A DNA stretch of 64,000 bases from Patescibacteria group bacterium (GCA_036381415.1 DASVCV010000001.1:1411-65410); one strand, 5' to 3'. Shown: positions 8,765-18,615, counted from the stretch's first letter. The notes: generated from the sequence alone by a model not told the origin. A program made the numbers and translations.

Positions 8765-9483
8765 TAATTAGAGGTTGCCAAATTGGTATAAACTTTTTGA
8801 ACATCATCGTGTTCATGAAGAGTGTCAAGAAGTTTTGTTGCTTTTTCTATTTGGTCAGGGTCTGATAATTCTTGATAGTTTTTGGGTCTTTGAGTCAACT
8901 CTGTTGTTGTGACTTTAAAGCCTGCATCAATTAACTTTTTTTGTACACTAAAAAGATCATTTGGAGCAACATATACCTCTATTGAATCACCTGCGTCTTC
9001 AACATCTGCTGCACCTAGGTCAATGAGTTTTAGCATTTGTTCATCTGCATTTCCCTCTTTTTCTACAATTAAAAGCCCCATGTGATCAAAGTTGAAAGAG
9101 ACTGCCCCTGGACCTGCAAACTTTCCCCCGCTCTTGTCAAAAATATTTTTAATTTCATTTGCAGTTCTATTCCTATTATCAGTTCCTGCTTCTACCATTA
9201 TTCCAATTCCACCTGGTCCAAACCCTTCATATGTTATTTCTTCAAGCTCGGCTGAATTTTCTGCTTTGGAAATGGCTCTTTCTATATTTTCCTTAGGCAT
9301 ACTTACGGCACGGGCTTTTTCCACTATAACTCTTAATTTAAAATTAGAATCAGGATTAGGACCTCCACCTGTTTTTGCTGCAATTGTTATTTGACGGGCA
9401 AGCTTGGAAAAAACTTGTCCACGAGCTGCATCTTTGAGCTCTTTTTGCCTGTGAGTTGTTGCGTAATGAGAATGTCCGCTCAT
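8764..9483 (-). CDS. yebC: YebC/PmpR family protein
   Basis: MSGHSH start (ATG 9483), YEGFGPGG, TDNRNRT, DDVQKVYTN. Confidence 0.95.
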   Translation of the reverse strand: MSGHSHYATTHRQKELKDAARGQVFSKLARQITIAAKTGGGPNPDSNFKLRVIVEKARAVSMPKENIERAISKAENSAELEEITYEGFGPGGIGIMVEAGTDNRNRTANEIKNIFDKSGGKFAGPGAVSFNFDHMGLLIVEKEGNADEQMLKLIDLGAADVEDAGDSIEVYVAPNDLFSVQKKLIDAGFKVTTTELTQRPKNYQELSDPDQIEKATKLLDTLHEHDDVQKVYTNLATSN

Positions 9484-9581
9484 ATAGGTTACAAGCCCAA
9501 TTATACACTTGACTTTAGATATGGGCAATTTATACTCAGTAATGAAATCCGCTTCTTTAAGTAAGCGGAGTTTATTAAAAA

Positions 9582-10148
9582 ATGGATCCAGAGCTTGCCC
9601 AGAGAGCAATTACCGCTGCGTTAAACGGAGATTGGCACCAGGCCGTTAAGGTAAATACCCAAATTCTTCAAATAGAACCTGACAATATTGATGCCTTAAA
9701 TAGAATTGCCAGGGCTTACTGTGAAATTGGAAACGTTGAAAAGGCAAAAAGAACCTCGAAAAAAGTTTTAAAGATAGATCCTTTTAACGGAATTGCCTGC
9801 AAGTGCCTTAAAAAGTGGGAAAGAGTTAATGTGACAAATGGAAGCTCAAGCAAAACTGGTCCCCTTGCCTTTTTAGAAGAACCTGGGAAGACTAAAATTG
9901 TAAAGCTAATTAATTTAGGAGATTCAAAGATCATTGCTAATCTGGACTGCGGTGATGAAGTAAGGCTTATTCCCCACTCCCATAGCGTATCTGTCACAAC
10001 AATGGAGGGAAAACATGTTGGTAAAATTCCTGATGATTTGGCTATGAGATTAATTAATTTAATGAGAAATGGTGGAACATACCAAACTCTCATAAAGGTG
10101 GCAGAACCAGAAGGTGTAAAGATATTTATCAGAGGAATTTTTCTTTAA
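9582..10148 (+). CDS. TPR protein with C-terminal HIRAN-like beta domain
   Basis: TPR helices (PDNIDALNRIARAY, IDPFN); C-terminal VGKIP...LA..L..LM pattern resembles HIRAN. Confidence 0.6.
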   Translation: MDPELAQRAITAALNGDWHQAVKVNTQILQIEPDNIDALNRIARAYCEIGNVEKAKRTSKKVLKIDPFNGIACKCLKKWERVNVTNGSSSKTGPLAFLEEPGKTKIVKLINLGDSKIIANLDCGDEVRLIPHSHSVSVTTMEGKHVGKIPDDLAMRLINLMRNGGTYQTLIKVAEPEGVKIFIRGIFL

Positions 10149-10153
10149 AGAAT

Positions 10154-11068
10154 TTAAAATCTCTTTTTAAAGTTTTGTCCGAGAGTGATTTCTGCTTCCA
10201 CATTGCTATTTAGTTTCTTGGCCTCAACTTTACATTTAAAAAGGTTAGCAAGCTTTCCAACAATTGGATCATTTCCTGCCACAATGCAATCAATCGGCAG
10301 AGCATCCTCTTTTTCTATTGAAGATATTTTTGCACCCAAAACCTCAATTATTTCTCCAACACGTCCTGAAACAAAATCACTTTGCATTTTATCTACAATT
10401 ACAACATTGACTCCCCTTTTTGAAATTAAAGCATCTGTAAAAACAGAAGAGACTTTAACTGGAATATTTAGAGAGATTTCATAACCATTAGTGCCATCAG
10501 GAAGCTTTGCTCCAACTATATAGCCGGTGTTTGCTAAATTAATATCAACTCTGGAGGCTGATTTAATTCCAAATGAAAAGAGCGCTATTGCTATTTTATC
10601 TTTTAAGTGAAGATTGGTAGAGGTCTGGCGAAAAAGAGAGAAAAAGGAAAGACTGTCCATACTTTCATCTCCCCAGGCTTCAACTGGAAATTTAAAGGAT
10701 TTTGTAATTGAGGAAGCTAAGAAACTTCCTCCATCTAATTTTTCATTTATTCCTAATTTTTGAATACTCCCCAGCTTCCAGGTTCCAAGGTCGCGGGAGG
10801 CGGATACTTGGGTTGTTGCTGGAATATTAATGGTTGTGATTGAAGAGGAAGATGGATCAAGAGTTACTACTTCTACATCTCCATTTTTCTTTTGAAGAGC
10901 AATGCTAAGCCTTGATTTAGCATCCCATATGTGAGGACCAAAAAGAATGTAAATAATGGCAACTATTAAAAGAACTATTAGGGCAAGGAGAATCCAACGG
11001 CCAAAATTTTTCTTTTTGGGAGGATTTTTTTTAGCAGCGAGGCGTGACGGGCGGGCAGGATATTTCAT
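10154..11068 (-). CDS. Membrane-anchored LCP/LytR-like protein (divergent)
   Basis: Basic N-terminus plus TM; ITTINIPATTQV resembles LCP 'LSIPRDT'; C-terminal ITLGQNF resembles LytR_C. Confidence 0.5.
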   Translation of the reverse strand: MKYPARPSRLAAKKNPPKKKNFGRWILLALIVLLIVAIIYILFGPHIWDAKSRLSIALQKKNGDVEVVTLDPSSSSITTINIPATTQVSASRDLGTWKLGSIQKLGINEKLDGGSFLASSITKSFKFPVEAWGDESMDSLSFFSLFRQTSTNLHLKDKIAIALFSFGIKSASRVDINLANTGYIVGAKLPDGTNGYEISLNIPVKVSSVFTDALISKRGVNVVIVDKMQSDFVSGRVGEIIEVLGAKISSIEKEDALPIDCIVAGNDPIVGKLANLFKCKVEAKKLNSNVEAEITLGQNFKKRF

Positions 11069-11074
11069 ATGTTT

Positions 11075-12751
11075 TTATGTAGCTCTTGAGTGGGAAAGTC
11101 TAATACCTTTAATTGAAGTAGCTATTTCCTCACTTGTTTTACCAGATGCTCTTAATATTTCTCTAATCATGGCAAGTGCTCCTTCAAACTCTGGCTGAAC
11201 TACCTTTTCTACTTTCAGCTGTATCAGCTTTTTAACATCTTCATCAAGATGAGCTCTGGCAATTATTTTTAGGCTTGGAACTACTGTCTGACAATATGAG
11301 ATTATTTCATTTTGAGCAATTCTATCTGGAAGACTAACAATTAAAGCTTTTGCGTTTTTAATTCCTGCAGCTTCTAGAACCTCTTTTTCACCTGGGTCTC
11401 CATATATGGCATTTACTCCATTTTTTCTTGCTTCGTGAACTACTTTTTGACTGTAGTCAATAACAACATATGGAATATTCAAATCCTCTAAGGTCTTTCC
11501 TACCCAGTGACCCATTCTTCCATAACCACAAATGACAACATGATTTGTATATGAAATTTCTTTTCCAATATTAACTACCCCGCCTGAAAAAAGAGGAACT
11601 CTTTTTAACTTTCTCCAAATTTTTGTTTTTAACCTAAAAAATATTGGAGAAACTACTAAAGTTACAACCGCTGTTGCAATTCCAATTGAGACTTCCCTAT
11701 CAGTTAATACATGAAGAGTTTTACCTATAAGGTAAAGAACAAAGGCAAACTCCCCTACTTGAGAAATTCCAATTGCAAAAGATATAGCTGTTTTTCCACG
11801 GTATCCAAAAACAACTGAAATCAAAAATCCAGTTACTAATTTAAGTAGTATTACAAATGCAGACAAAAGAAGGATTATGCCTATGTTTGCAATTAAAAAT
11901 GAGGGTACAACTAAAAATCCTAATGTCACAAAAAATAAGATTGAGAAGAGATCCCGCAATGGCCTGGTTTCTGCAAAAATGGCATGGGATTCTTGGGTTC
12001 CTGAAATGACAAGACCGGCAAGGAATGCTCCAATTGCTGCTGAAACTCCAAAAACAGAGACAATTGAGGCAATCCCCAATGCTACAACAACTGAACCTAA
12101 TATCAAAAGCTCCCTACTATCAATATCAGCTACAAAAGAAGTGATATATGGAGCAAAGAGCTTCCCTATTATCAAAACTACCGAAAGAATAACTCCAACA
12201 ATTAAAAGAGACTTAAGAGAAGCACTTGCCCAGTCTCCACCTGCTCCTGAAATAGCTGGCAAAATGACAACTAGGGGCACTACAGCCAAATCCTGAATAA
12301 GACATCCACCAATTAGAATTTCTCCATGAAGAGTGGACAATTCTCCAGCATCATTTAACATTTTAACAACAAGGGCAGTTGAGGAAAGTGCAAAGCCTGA
12401 AGAAAGAAAAATGCTTCCTAATGTACTTATTCCTAACAGGAAATGAAGGAAGGCAAAGGAAATAACGGTTATTAAAAGCATTTGTATAACCTGACCAATG
12501 GTTGCAACACTTCCCACACGAGCTAGCTTTGTAAAAGAGGTTTCAAGCCCAACTGAGAAAAGAAGAAGAACTAGGCCAATTTCAGAAAGAGAGACTATGC
12601 TTTCTGAGTGGACTGGAAGAAACGTACTTCCTATTATTCCTGCCAAGATCACTCCAACCAGAGGCGGCAGTTTAACGAGACGCGCCAGAAACCCGCCAAT
12701 CAAGGCTGCTGCAAGTACTAAAAATAATCCTGTAACTATACTTTCTCCCAC
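11075..12751 (-). CDS. CPA2 cation:proton antiporter with TrkA-N (KefB/KefC-like)
   Basis: LSSTA, IQDL and SQVGEFAF motifs; C-terminal GYGRMG RCK domain. Confidence 0.9.
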   Translation of the reverse strand: MGESIVTGLFLVLAAALIGGFLARLVKLPPLVGVILAGIIGSTFLPVHSESIVSLSEIGLVLLLFSVGLETSFTKLARVGSVATIGQVIQMLLITVISFAFLHFLLGISTLGSIFLSSGFALSSTALVVKMLNDAGELSTLHGEILIGGCLIQDLAVVPLVVILPAISGAGGDWASASLKSLLIVGVILSVVLIIGKLFAPYITSFVADIDSRELLILGSVVVALGIASIVSVFGVSAAIGAFLAGLVISGTQESHAIFAETRPLRDLFSILFFVTLGFLVVPSFLIANIGIILLLSAFVILLKLVTGFLISVVFGYRGKTAISFAIGISQVGEFAFVLYLIGKTLHVLTDREVSIGIATAVVTLVVSPIFFRLKTKIWRKLKRVPLFSGGVVNIGKEISYTNHVVICGYGRMGHWVGKTLEDLNIPYVVIDYSQKVVHEARKNGVNAIYGDPGEKEVLEAAGIKNAKALIVSLPDRIAQNEIISYCQTVVPSLKIIARAHLDEDVKKLIQLKVEKVVQPEFEGALAMIREILRASGKTSEEIATSIKGIRLSHSRAT

Positions 12752-12766
12752 TAGAATCAGTCTAGA

Positions 12767-13456
12767 TCAATCGTGAAAAGAGTTCAATGCAGATTTTAAA
12801 TCTGAAGGAAGATCTGACTTAAAATTCAGGTTTAATATAGAAAGATTAGAGGCGTGTAAGAATAACCTTGGGCACCATTTCCTATCTTGCCTATTTGTTT
12901 TTCTGCCTGAATAAAGGGGGTCTGAAACTATTGGATGACCAATATGTTTGAGGTGAACTCTAATTTGATGAGTCCTTCCTGTTTTGGGATACAGTTCGAG
13001 CAATGTATAGTCTTTACCTTCTTTTGAATAATAATCTAGCACTTTGTAATCAGTTTGGGCCTCTCTTCCTCCCTCCCATACTCCAAACTTTGTTCTTTTC
13101 CAAGGAAGACGGCCAATTTTCTCATTAATGGTTCCAGTTTTAGGTTCCACTTTCCCATGAGCTAAGGCAGTGTATGTTTTTTGAACCTTCCTTTGGGCAA
13201 ATTCAAATTGGAGTTTTTCAAAAGTTTGTATATTTTTTGCAACTAAAAGAACACCGCTCGTTTCTTTATCTAGTCTATGGACAATGCCTGATCTGACTTC
13301 TTTTTCTTTAGCAATTTGATAGTCAAAGTTTTGGGAAAGCCAATCCTGAAGAACAGGGTTTGTTGAAGTGTTTGTTGATTCATTTACAATCCAGCCTGCT
13401 GGCTTATCTATTACAAGAATATTTTCATCCTGGAAGATTATTTTGGGAGAATCCAC
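12767..13456 (-). CDS. RluA/RluD family pseudouridine synthase
   Basis: DKPAG, HRLDKETSG, TGRTHQIRVH, LFLHA. Confidence 0.93.
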   Translation of the reverse strand: MDSPKIIFQDENILVIDKPAGWIVNESTNTSTNPVLQDWLSQNFDYQIAKEKEVRSGIVHRLDKETSGVLLVAKNIQTFEKLQFEFAQRKVQKTYTALAHGKVEPKTGTINEKIGRLPWKRTKFGVWEGGREAQTDYKVLDYYSKEGKDYTLLELYPKTGRTHQIRVHLKHIGHPIVSDPLYSGRKTNRQDRKWCPRLFLHASNLSILNLNFKSDLPSDLKSALNSFHD

Positions 13457-13462
13457 TTTGTC

Positions 13463-13882
13463 TTATTTCTTTCTTTCACAATCAACACACCTTGTTGCTT
13501 CTGGATAAATAATAAGTCTGTCTGTGTCAATCATTTTTCCACAGTTTTCGCAGATTGCGTACTTGCCTATTTTTACTCTTGTTAGGGCTTTTCTTGTTTG
13601 AATTATTCTTCTTTCTATCTGATCTTTGGCAGCTGAAGTCAAGGCATGGCCAAACTGTTCTTCTGCTTCTGTGTCAGGGGCTGCATTATCAGATACTCTT
13701 GCCTCAGAGGAAAAAGGATCTGATTCTTCTATTTCTTTTTTATTTTTTTCCAGTTTTTTAAGTCTATCTGAAAGGAAAGTTCTAACAGGAGCAAGAACTG
13801 ATGCAGGAAAATGAATCTCCTCCACTCCGTCCTTTTTGGGAAGATTTACTTTTGTTTTTTGTTTTGATTTAGCTTTAGTCAT
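13463..13882 (-). CDS. DksA/TraR C4-type zinc finger protein
   Basis: Coiled coil followed by CENC...RL...P.A..CVDC. Confidence 0.85.
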   Translation of the reverse strand: MTKAKSKQKTKVNLPKKDGVEEIHFPASVLAPVRTFLSDRLKKLEKNKKEIEESDPFSSEARVSDNAAPDTEAEEQFGHALTSAAKDQIERRIIQTRKALTRVKIGKYAICENCGKMIDTDRLIIYPEATRCVDCERKK

Positions 13883-14519
13883 TTAGTCCCCCCAAATTAT
13901 ACACGCTTAGGAAAAAAAGAAAAGAAAGAACAGATGAAATAAGCGCATCGATTTTTCCAATAAAGGATAGCATAGTGGGATCTATTATGGCAATTGCAGC
14001 ACGGACTAAGAAGAAAACTGCAAGAAGAGTAAGGCCCGAAAACCCAACCTTGCCTGATTTGTACCAGGTAAACCTTTTGTACCTTTTATCTAGAAAGAAA
14101 AACATAAAAATCAAGGCAGCTACAACTACTCCATATAAAATAGCTGGAATAAGCTTAAATATTAATGCTGATGAAATTAATAGGACTACAAACCAAAAGG
14201 ATAATCCAAGACTAGCTGCTTCCACTCCTTCAAAAAACCTCATCTTAAGCCTTAATAAGGAAACAGCTAAAACTATAGAGGCCGAGACTAAGGCTAGCCA
14301 AAACCAAAGTCCTTTTGGATCAAAAAAGTAAACTTTTGTGATATTTGGAATTATAAATAGGGCTGATACTAAAAAACTAACTAATATTGCCCCTATTACA
14401 AAGAATCCAAGTGAAAAAATTTTACTTGAAGGATAGTCTTCTTTGAGCCTTCTCCAGAGAAAAAAGAGAAAAATTAGACCTCCGAAAACGTTTGCTAAGA
14501 CCAAAAGAGCCGTTGACAT
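13875..14519 (-). CDS. Polytopic membrane protein (remote Lgt-like)
   Basis: About 7 TM helices; weak resemblance only. Confidence 0.4.
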   Translation of the reverse strand: MSTALLVLANVFGGLIFLFFLWRRLKEDYPSSKIFSLGFFVIGAILVSFLVSALFIIPNITKVYFFDPKGLWFWLALVSASIVLAVSLLRLKMRFFEGVEAASLGLSFWFVVLLISSALIFKLIPAILYGVVVAALIFMFFFLDKRYKRFTWYKSGKVGFSGLTLLAVFFLVRAAIAIIDPTMLSFIGKIDALISSVLSFLFFLSVYNLGGLND

Positions 14520-14566
14520 AAATAGGTTTGTGAGTATATCATACTACATTAGAAGCTTGTCCTGAA

Positions 14567-15028
14567 ATGCTAGAAACACCTCATGTCGTCGTAGGAGCTG
14601 CGATTGCCGCAAAAGTTGGTAATCCATTTTTAGCAATCCCCTTAGCATTTGGAAGCCATTTTCTTTTAGATAAAGTACCACATTGGAATCCTCATTTAAA
14701 CACAGAAATTAAAAAATACGGACATGTTACAAAGCAAAGCAAAGAACTTGTAATTGCAGATGTTGCTCTTTCAGTACTTGCTGGAGGACTTATTTCCTGG
14801 CATGCAATGCCAGATGTAAATCAGGCTTTTGTAATACTTTTGGGAGGGTTTGCAGGTGTGCTTCCTGATGTGATAGAAGGACCTTACTTTTTCTTAAAAA
14901 TGAAAAGTAAATTTATACTGAGGTGGATTAAATTCCAGAAATCAATTCAGGTGGATACCACACCTTTGCCTGGACTTCTTACACAGGCTGTTACTGTTGC
15001 AGCTGCATTTGCTTGGGTTTTAAGATAA
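14567..15028 (+). CDS. Membrane-bound metal-dependent hydrolase-like protein
   Basis: N-terminal His, SHFLLDKVPH and GVLPD motifs. Confidence 0.55.
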   Translation: MLETPHVVVGAAIAAKVGNPFLAIPLAFGSHFLLDKVPHWNPHLNTEIKKYGHVTKQSKELVIADVALSVLAGGLISWHAMPDVNQAFVILLGGFAGVLPDVIEGPYFFLKMKSKFILRWIKFQKSIQVDTTPLPGLLTQAVTVAAAFAWVLR

Positions 15029-15049
15029 AACTTCAGAAGAAAAAAGAAG

Positions 15050-15610
15050 TTATTTAGCTCTTTCTATATATTCACCAGTTCTTGTATCTACCCTAACCTT
15101 TTCCCCTGCTTTTATAAAAAGTGGAACTTTAACATTTAGACCATTTTCCAGAGTTGCAGACTTATAGATATTGCTTGCTGAGTTGCCTTTAACTCCTGGA
15201 TCAGTGTCTACTACCTCTAGGACTATTTTTGGAGGAAGATCAATTGATAAAGCCTTCTCTTCCCAATAAAGAACATCGGCTTCACTTCCCTCTTTAATGT
15301 AGGCAATATCATCTCCAATTACACTTAGTGGAATTTCTACCTGTTCAAAACTTTCAGGATTCATAAAAACTGCGTTTTGGGCATCTTTATATAAATATTG
15401 GAGGCGCCTTTTTTGTGTAGAAAAATCTTCTACTTTTACATTGGATGAAAGAGAAAGAGGCTCAGTTGCACCATTTTCTAAATTACGGGCTAAAAGCTTT
15501 ACTGTAGCCCCACCTCTTCCCATTTTAATTAGAGAGTATTTAACAACCTTATATGGCTTATTGTTTCTTAAGAAAGTGACACCATTTTTGAGCTCTGTTG
15601 AATTAAGCAT
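15050..15610 (-). CDS. efp: Elongation factor P
   Basis: KMGRGGA loop, QYLY, PGVKGNS, VPLFI..GE.VRVDTRTGEY. Confidence 0.96.
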   Translation of the reverse strand: MLNSTELKNGVTFLRNNKPYKVVKYSLIKMGRGGATVKLLARNLENGATEPLSLSSNVKVEDFSTQKRRLQYLYKDAQNAVFMNPESFEQVEIPLSVIGDDIAYIKEGSEADVLYWEEKALSIDLPPKIVLEVVDTDPGVKGNSASNIYKSATLENGLNVKVPLFIKAGEKVRVDTRTGEYIERAK

Positions 15611-15667
15611 GAATGTATTTTACCCTATTTTGAGCCTAGATCTCAACATGGTAAAATATATTTGTTG

Positions 15668-15751
15668 GCCGGGGTGCTGAAATGGTATACAGAATAGTCT
15701 CAAAAACTATTGAGGCCTCGCCTCGTGAGGGTTCGAGTCCCTCTCCCGGCA
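15668..15751 (+). tRNA. trnL: tRNA-Leu (CAA), CCA not encoded
   Basis: Acceptor GCCGGGG/TCCCGGC; anticodon arm ATAGT-CTCAAAA-ACTAT; long variable arm GAGGC/GCCTC; T-arm GAGGG-TTCGAGT-CCCTC; discriminator A. Confidence 0.96.
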
Positions 15752-15754
15752 CAA

Positions 15755-16438
15755 ATGCCTGCTCATAGAATTACTAATAAGATAAGGTGGTCTTCAGACG
15801 TCGCATATGCCGTAGGGCTGATAACTACTGATGGAAATTTATCTTCTGATGGAAGGCACATTATTTTGACTTCTACTGATAAACAATTGCTCAAGACTTT
15901 TGCATATTGTCTTAATAAGAAAAACAAAATAAGCATCAATCCGCCTAGTAGCATAGGAAGAAAAATTGCTTATCATATCCAAATTGGTGATACTACTCTG
16001 TATGAATGGCTGCAGAAATTAGGTATAACTCAAAGAAAATCACTAACAATTGGGGAGCTCCAGATTCCCAAAAAATTCTTAAGAGATTTTGTTCGAGGTC
16101 ATTTAGATGGTGATGGCAGTATTGTGCATTACATAGATAAATACAACACCTATCTAAATTCCAGATATGTATACGACAGACTATTTGTTTTTCTCATGTC
16201 TTGTAGCAAAAACCATATTGAGTGGCTTAGAGAAAAAATTCAAGAGGACCAGGGATTACATGGCAGTTTTCTTATTCAAAGATCTAAGTACCAGCTAGGC
16301 AAATCTTTTAGCTACAGAATAAAATTCAGCACAAAAGAAGCGAAAAAACTTTTGAATTGGATTTATTACAGAAATAATCTACCTAAACTTGAGAGAAAGT
16401 TTAAAATTGCACAACCATTTTTGAGGGTATCTAACTGA
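15755..16438 (+). CDS. Free-standing two-motif LAGLIDADG homing endonuclease (intein-type DOD)
   Basis: AYAVGLITTDG and FVRGHLDGDGS motifs; C-terminal KLERK; ATG 15755 (the longer ORF start overlaps the tRNA). Confidence 0.88.
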   Translation: MPAHRITNKIRWSSDVAYAVGLITTDGNLSSDGRHIILTSTDKQLLKTFAYCLNKKNKISINPPSSIGRKIAYHIQIGDTTLYEWLQKLGITQRKSLTIGELQIPKKFLRDFVRGHLDGDGSIVHYIDKYNTYLNSRYVYDRLFVFLMSCSKNHIEWLREKIQEDQGLHGSFLIQRSKYQLGKSFSYRIKFSTKEAKKLLNWIYYRNNLPKLERKFKIAQPFLRVSN

Positions 16439-16822
16439 TTAGGAAACTTTAGGTTTTAGAAATTTTGGAATTAAATTAGAAGGAACTGTGTCTGCAAAAA
16501 GAGCAAGACTTGCTGCAAAAAGACCCACATCTCTAATTGTTACTTGGTTTATCCCTGAAACTATTAAAACTGTTGCTATATGGAAAAGAGCTGCTAAGCT
16601 TGCTATCCAGGTAAACATATCTATAAGAAGAAGCACTCCAACTGCAATATCAAAAAACGCAGTTACAATCATGACTTCTATTAAAGGAACTGGGATTAAA
16701 TTTGCTGCCCAGGGCTGAATGTATCCGCTCCATCCTGCTGGATCTTTTAAGATTAATACTCCAATCCACAAGAAAGTAATTGCAATTCCAACTCTTAAAA
16801 TATGAAATCCAGATTTTCTCAT
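16439..16822 (-). CDS. DoxX family membrane protein
   Basis: LRVGIAITFLW.G...L and IRDVGL; ATGA overlap with the VKOR gene. Confidence 0.75.
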   Translation of the reverse strand: MRKSGFHILRVGIAITFLWIGVLILKDPAGWSGYIQPWAANLIPVPLIEVMIVTAFFDIAVGVLLLIDMFTWIASLAALFHIATVLIVSGINQVTIRDVGLFAASLALFADTVPSNLIPKFLKPKVS

Positions 16823-17241
16823 ATCATGAAACCACTTAATATTACAATAATGGTCATTACAAAAACAGTAAGAGCACTCATTAAACACCAGAAGCACCAT
16901 TTTTTAATAACAAAAGCTTGAAGGAAAGTAAAGTAAATTGACATGACTGCACCGCTAATAATTATCAGCACATCTACTGTTTTTAAAATAGAAATTGGAA
17001 ATGCTTCTATTAAGATTAGGGCACTCAAGGTGCAGACAAAGATGTAAAAGATTAAGCCTAAAATATCATTGTGAACTCCTAAAATTTTGTTGTATTTGCT
17101 CTCCAAAACATCATGGCAGCCTGAACCTATAAAGCAAACGGGTATTTCTTCTGCCTTTCTTTTTTTAATTAGATAGACTGTTTCTGAAATTCCAATTGCT
17201 GAAAGAGTAAAAAGAAGTGCCAAGGGAGTTAGCCCAATCAT
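16819..17241 (-). CDS. Vitamin K epoxide reductase (VKOR) family protein
   Basis: Loop Cys pair (VCFIGSGC..VLES.Y), 4 TM helices, CFWC active site. Confidence 0.88.
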   Translation of the reverse strand: MIGLTPLALLFTLSAIGISETVYLIKKRKAEEIPVCFIGSGCHDVLESKYNKILGVHNDILGLIFYIFVCTLSALILIEAFPISILKTVDVLIIISGAVMSIYFTFLQAFVIKKWCFWCLMSALTVFVMTIIVILSGFMI

Positions 17242-17253
17242 ACTATAATGGTA

Positions 17254-18588
17254 CTACTTTTCCCTTTTAGTGTCGCGCCCGAAGAATTTGATTCTATCTC
17301 CATGGAATGCAAGCTTTACTTGTCCAACTGGACCATTTCTGTGTTTTGCAATATCAAGTACTACATTTATAGTTTTACTGGCATCCACTTCTTCATCTTC
17401 ACGCCACAAAAACATTACAACGTCAGCTGTTTGCTCTATACCTCCGCTTTCACGAAGATCTGCAAGCTGAGGGCGTCTTGTCCCTCTTTGCTCTACTGCA
17501 CGGGAAAGCTGTGAGAGAGCAATTATTGGAATTTTTAATTCTCTTGCCAGGTTTTTAAGTCCATCTGAAATTTCTGAAACTTCCTGTACTCTATTTTCCA
17601 GATTTCTGCTTCTTGCTAGCTGAAGATAATCAACAAAAAGAATATCAAGTCCATATTCTGATTGAAGACGACGTGCTTTGGTTCTCATTTCAAGAATTGA
17701 AAGACCAGGAGTGTCATCTATATATAAAGGAGCTTCAGCCAACTCCCCCATTGCATTTGAAAGAGCAGTAAAGTCATCTTCATTTAATTTTCCAGTTTTT
17801 AGCTTCCATGCATCAATATCAGCTTGAGCAACTAACAGTCTATCAACCAACTCCTCTTTGCTCATTTCAAGAGAGAAAAATCCGACAGGACGTTTGTGTT
17901 CGACTGCAACAGCTTGTGCAATACCCAAGGAAAAGGCGGTTTTTCCAATTCCAGGACGCGCTGCTAATATTACAAGGTTTGACTTTTGAAAACCTGCAAG
18001 AAGATTGTCCAGGTCTTTAAATCCAGAAGGAATTCCTCTTAAACCTGTATCCATTTTGTGAAGTTCATCTAGCCTGTCAAAAGAATCTGCAAGGGCTGCT
18101 TTAACTGGAGTGAAACTTTGAGATAAATGCTTTTGAGTAATTCCAAATATTTCCCCTTCTGCTTTATCTAAAAGGTCGTCAGCTCCCAACCCTTCATCTA
18201 GAGCCATATCAACTATTCTTGTTCCTGACTGCATAAGAGCTCTTTTAATAGCTAAATCCTTTACTATTTTTCCATAGTGCTCAACGTGGGCTGCAGTAGG
18301 AACTTTTTCTACAAGAGATGCAAGGTATGTAGTACCTCCTACTTTTTTGATAGATTTTCGTTTCTTTAATCTTTCAGATACTGTTAGGACATCAACTGGG
18401 ACTCTCTGCTCATATAAATCAATTATGGTGTCATAGATTTCCTTGTGGCGTTCATCATAGAAGTGAGCTGGGAGAAGGAACTCTGCAACTGCAACTATTC
18501 CATCACGGTCAAGAAGAAGTGCTCCAAGAACTGACACTTCTGCTTCTTCTGAATGTGGAGGAACTCTTAAGTTTTGATTTGCTGCCAT
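17254..18588 (-). CDS. dnaB: Replicative DNA helicase
   Basis: PPHS.EAE, AARPGIGKT, DYLQL, LSQLSR, DLRESG.IEQ, KHRNG. Confidence 0.98.
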   Translation of the reverse strand: MAANQNLRVPPHSEEAEVSVLGALLLDRDGIVAVAEFLLPAHFYDERHKEIYDTIIDLYEQRVPVDVLTVSERLKKRKSIKKVGGTTYLASLVEKVPTAAHVEHYGKIVKDLAIKRALMQSGTRIVDMALDEGLGADDLLDKAEGEIFGITQKHLSQSFTPVKAALADSFDRLDELHKMDTGLRGIPSGFKDLDNLLAGFQKSNLVILAARPGIGKTAFSLGIAQAVAVEHKRPVGFFSLEMSKEELVDRLLVAQADIDAWKLKTGKLNEDDFTALSNAMGELAEAPLYIDDTPGLSILEMRTKARRLQSEYGLDILFVDYLQLARSRNLENRVQEVSEISDGLKNLARELKIPIIALSQLSRAVEQRGTRRPQLADLRESGGIEQTADVVMFLWREDEEVDASKTINVVLDIAKHRNGPVGQVKLAFHGDRIKFFGRDTKREK

Positions 18589-18615
18589 TAAACTATCCTA
18601 CTATATTGGGGCAAG

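Noticed and set aside
15710-15754. Longer start of the LAGLIDADG ORF, or a tRNA intron
   Set aside because: The extension runs through the tRNA arms, and the tRNA is complete and uninterrupted
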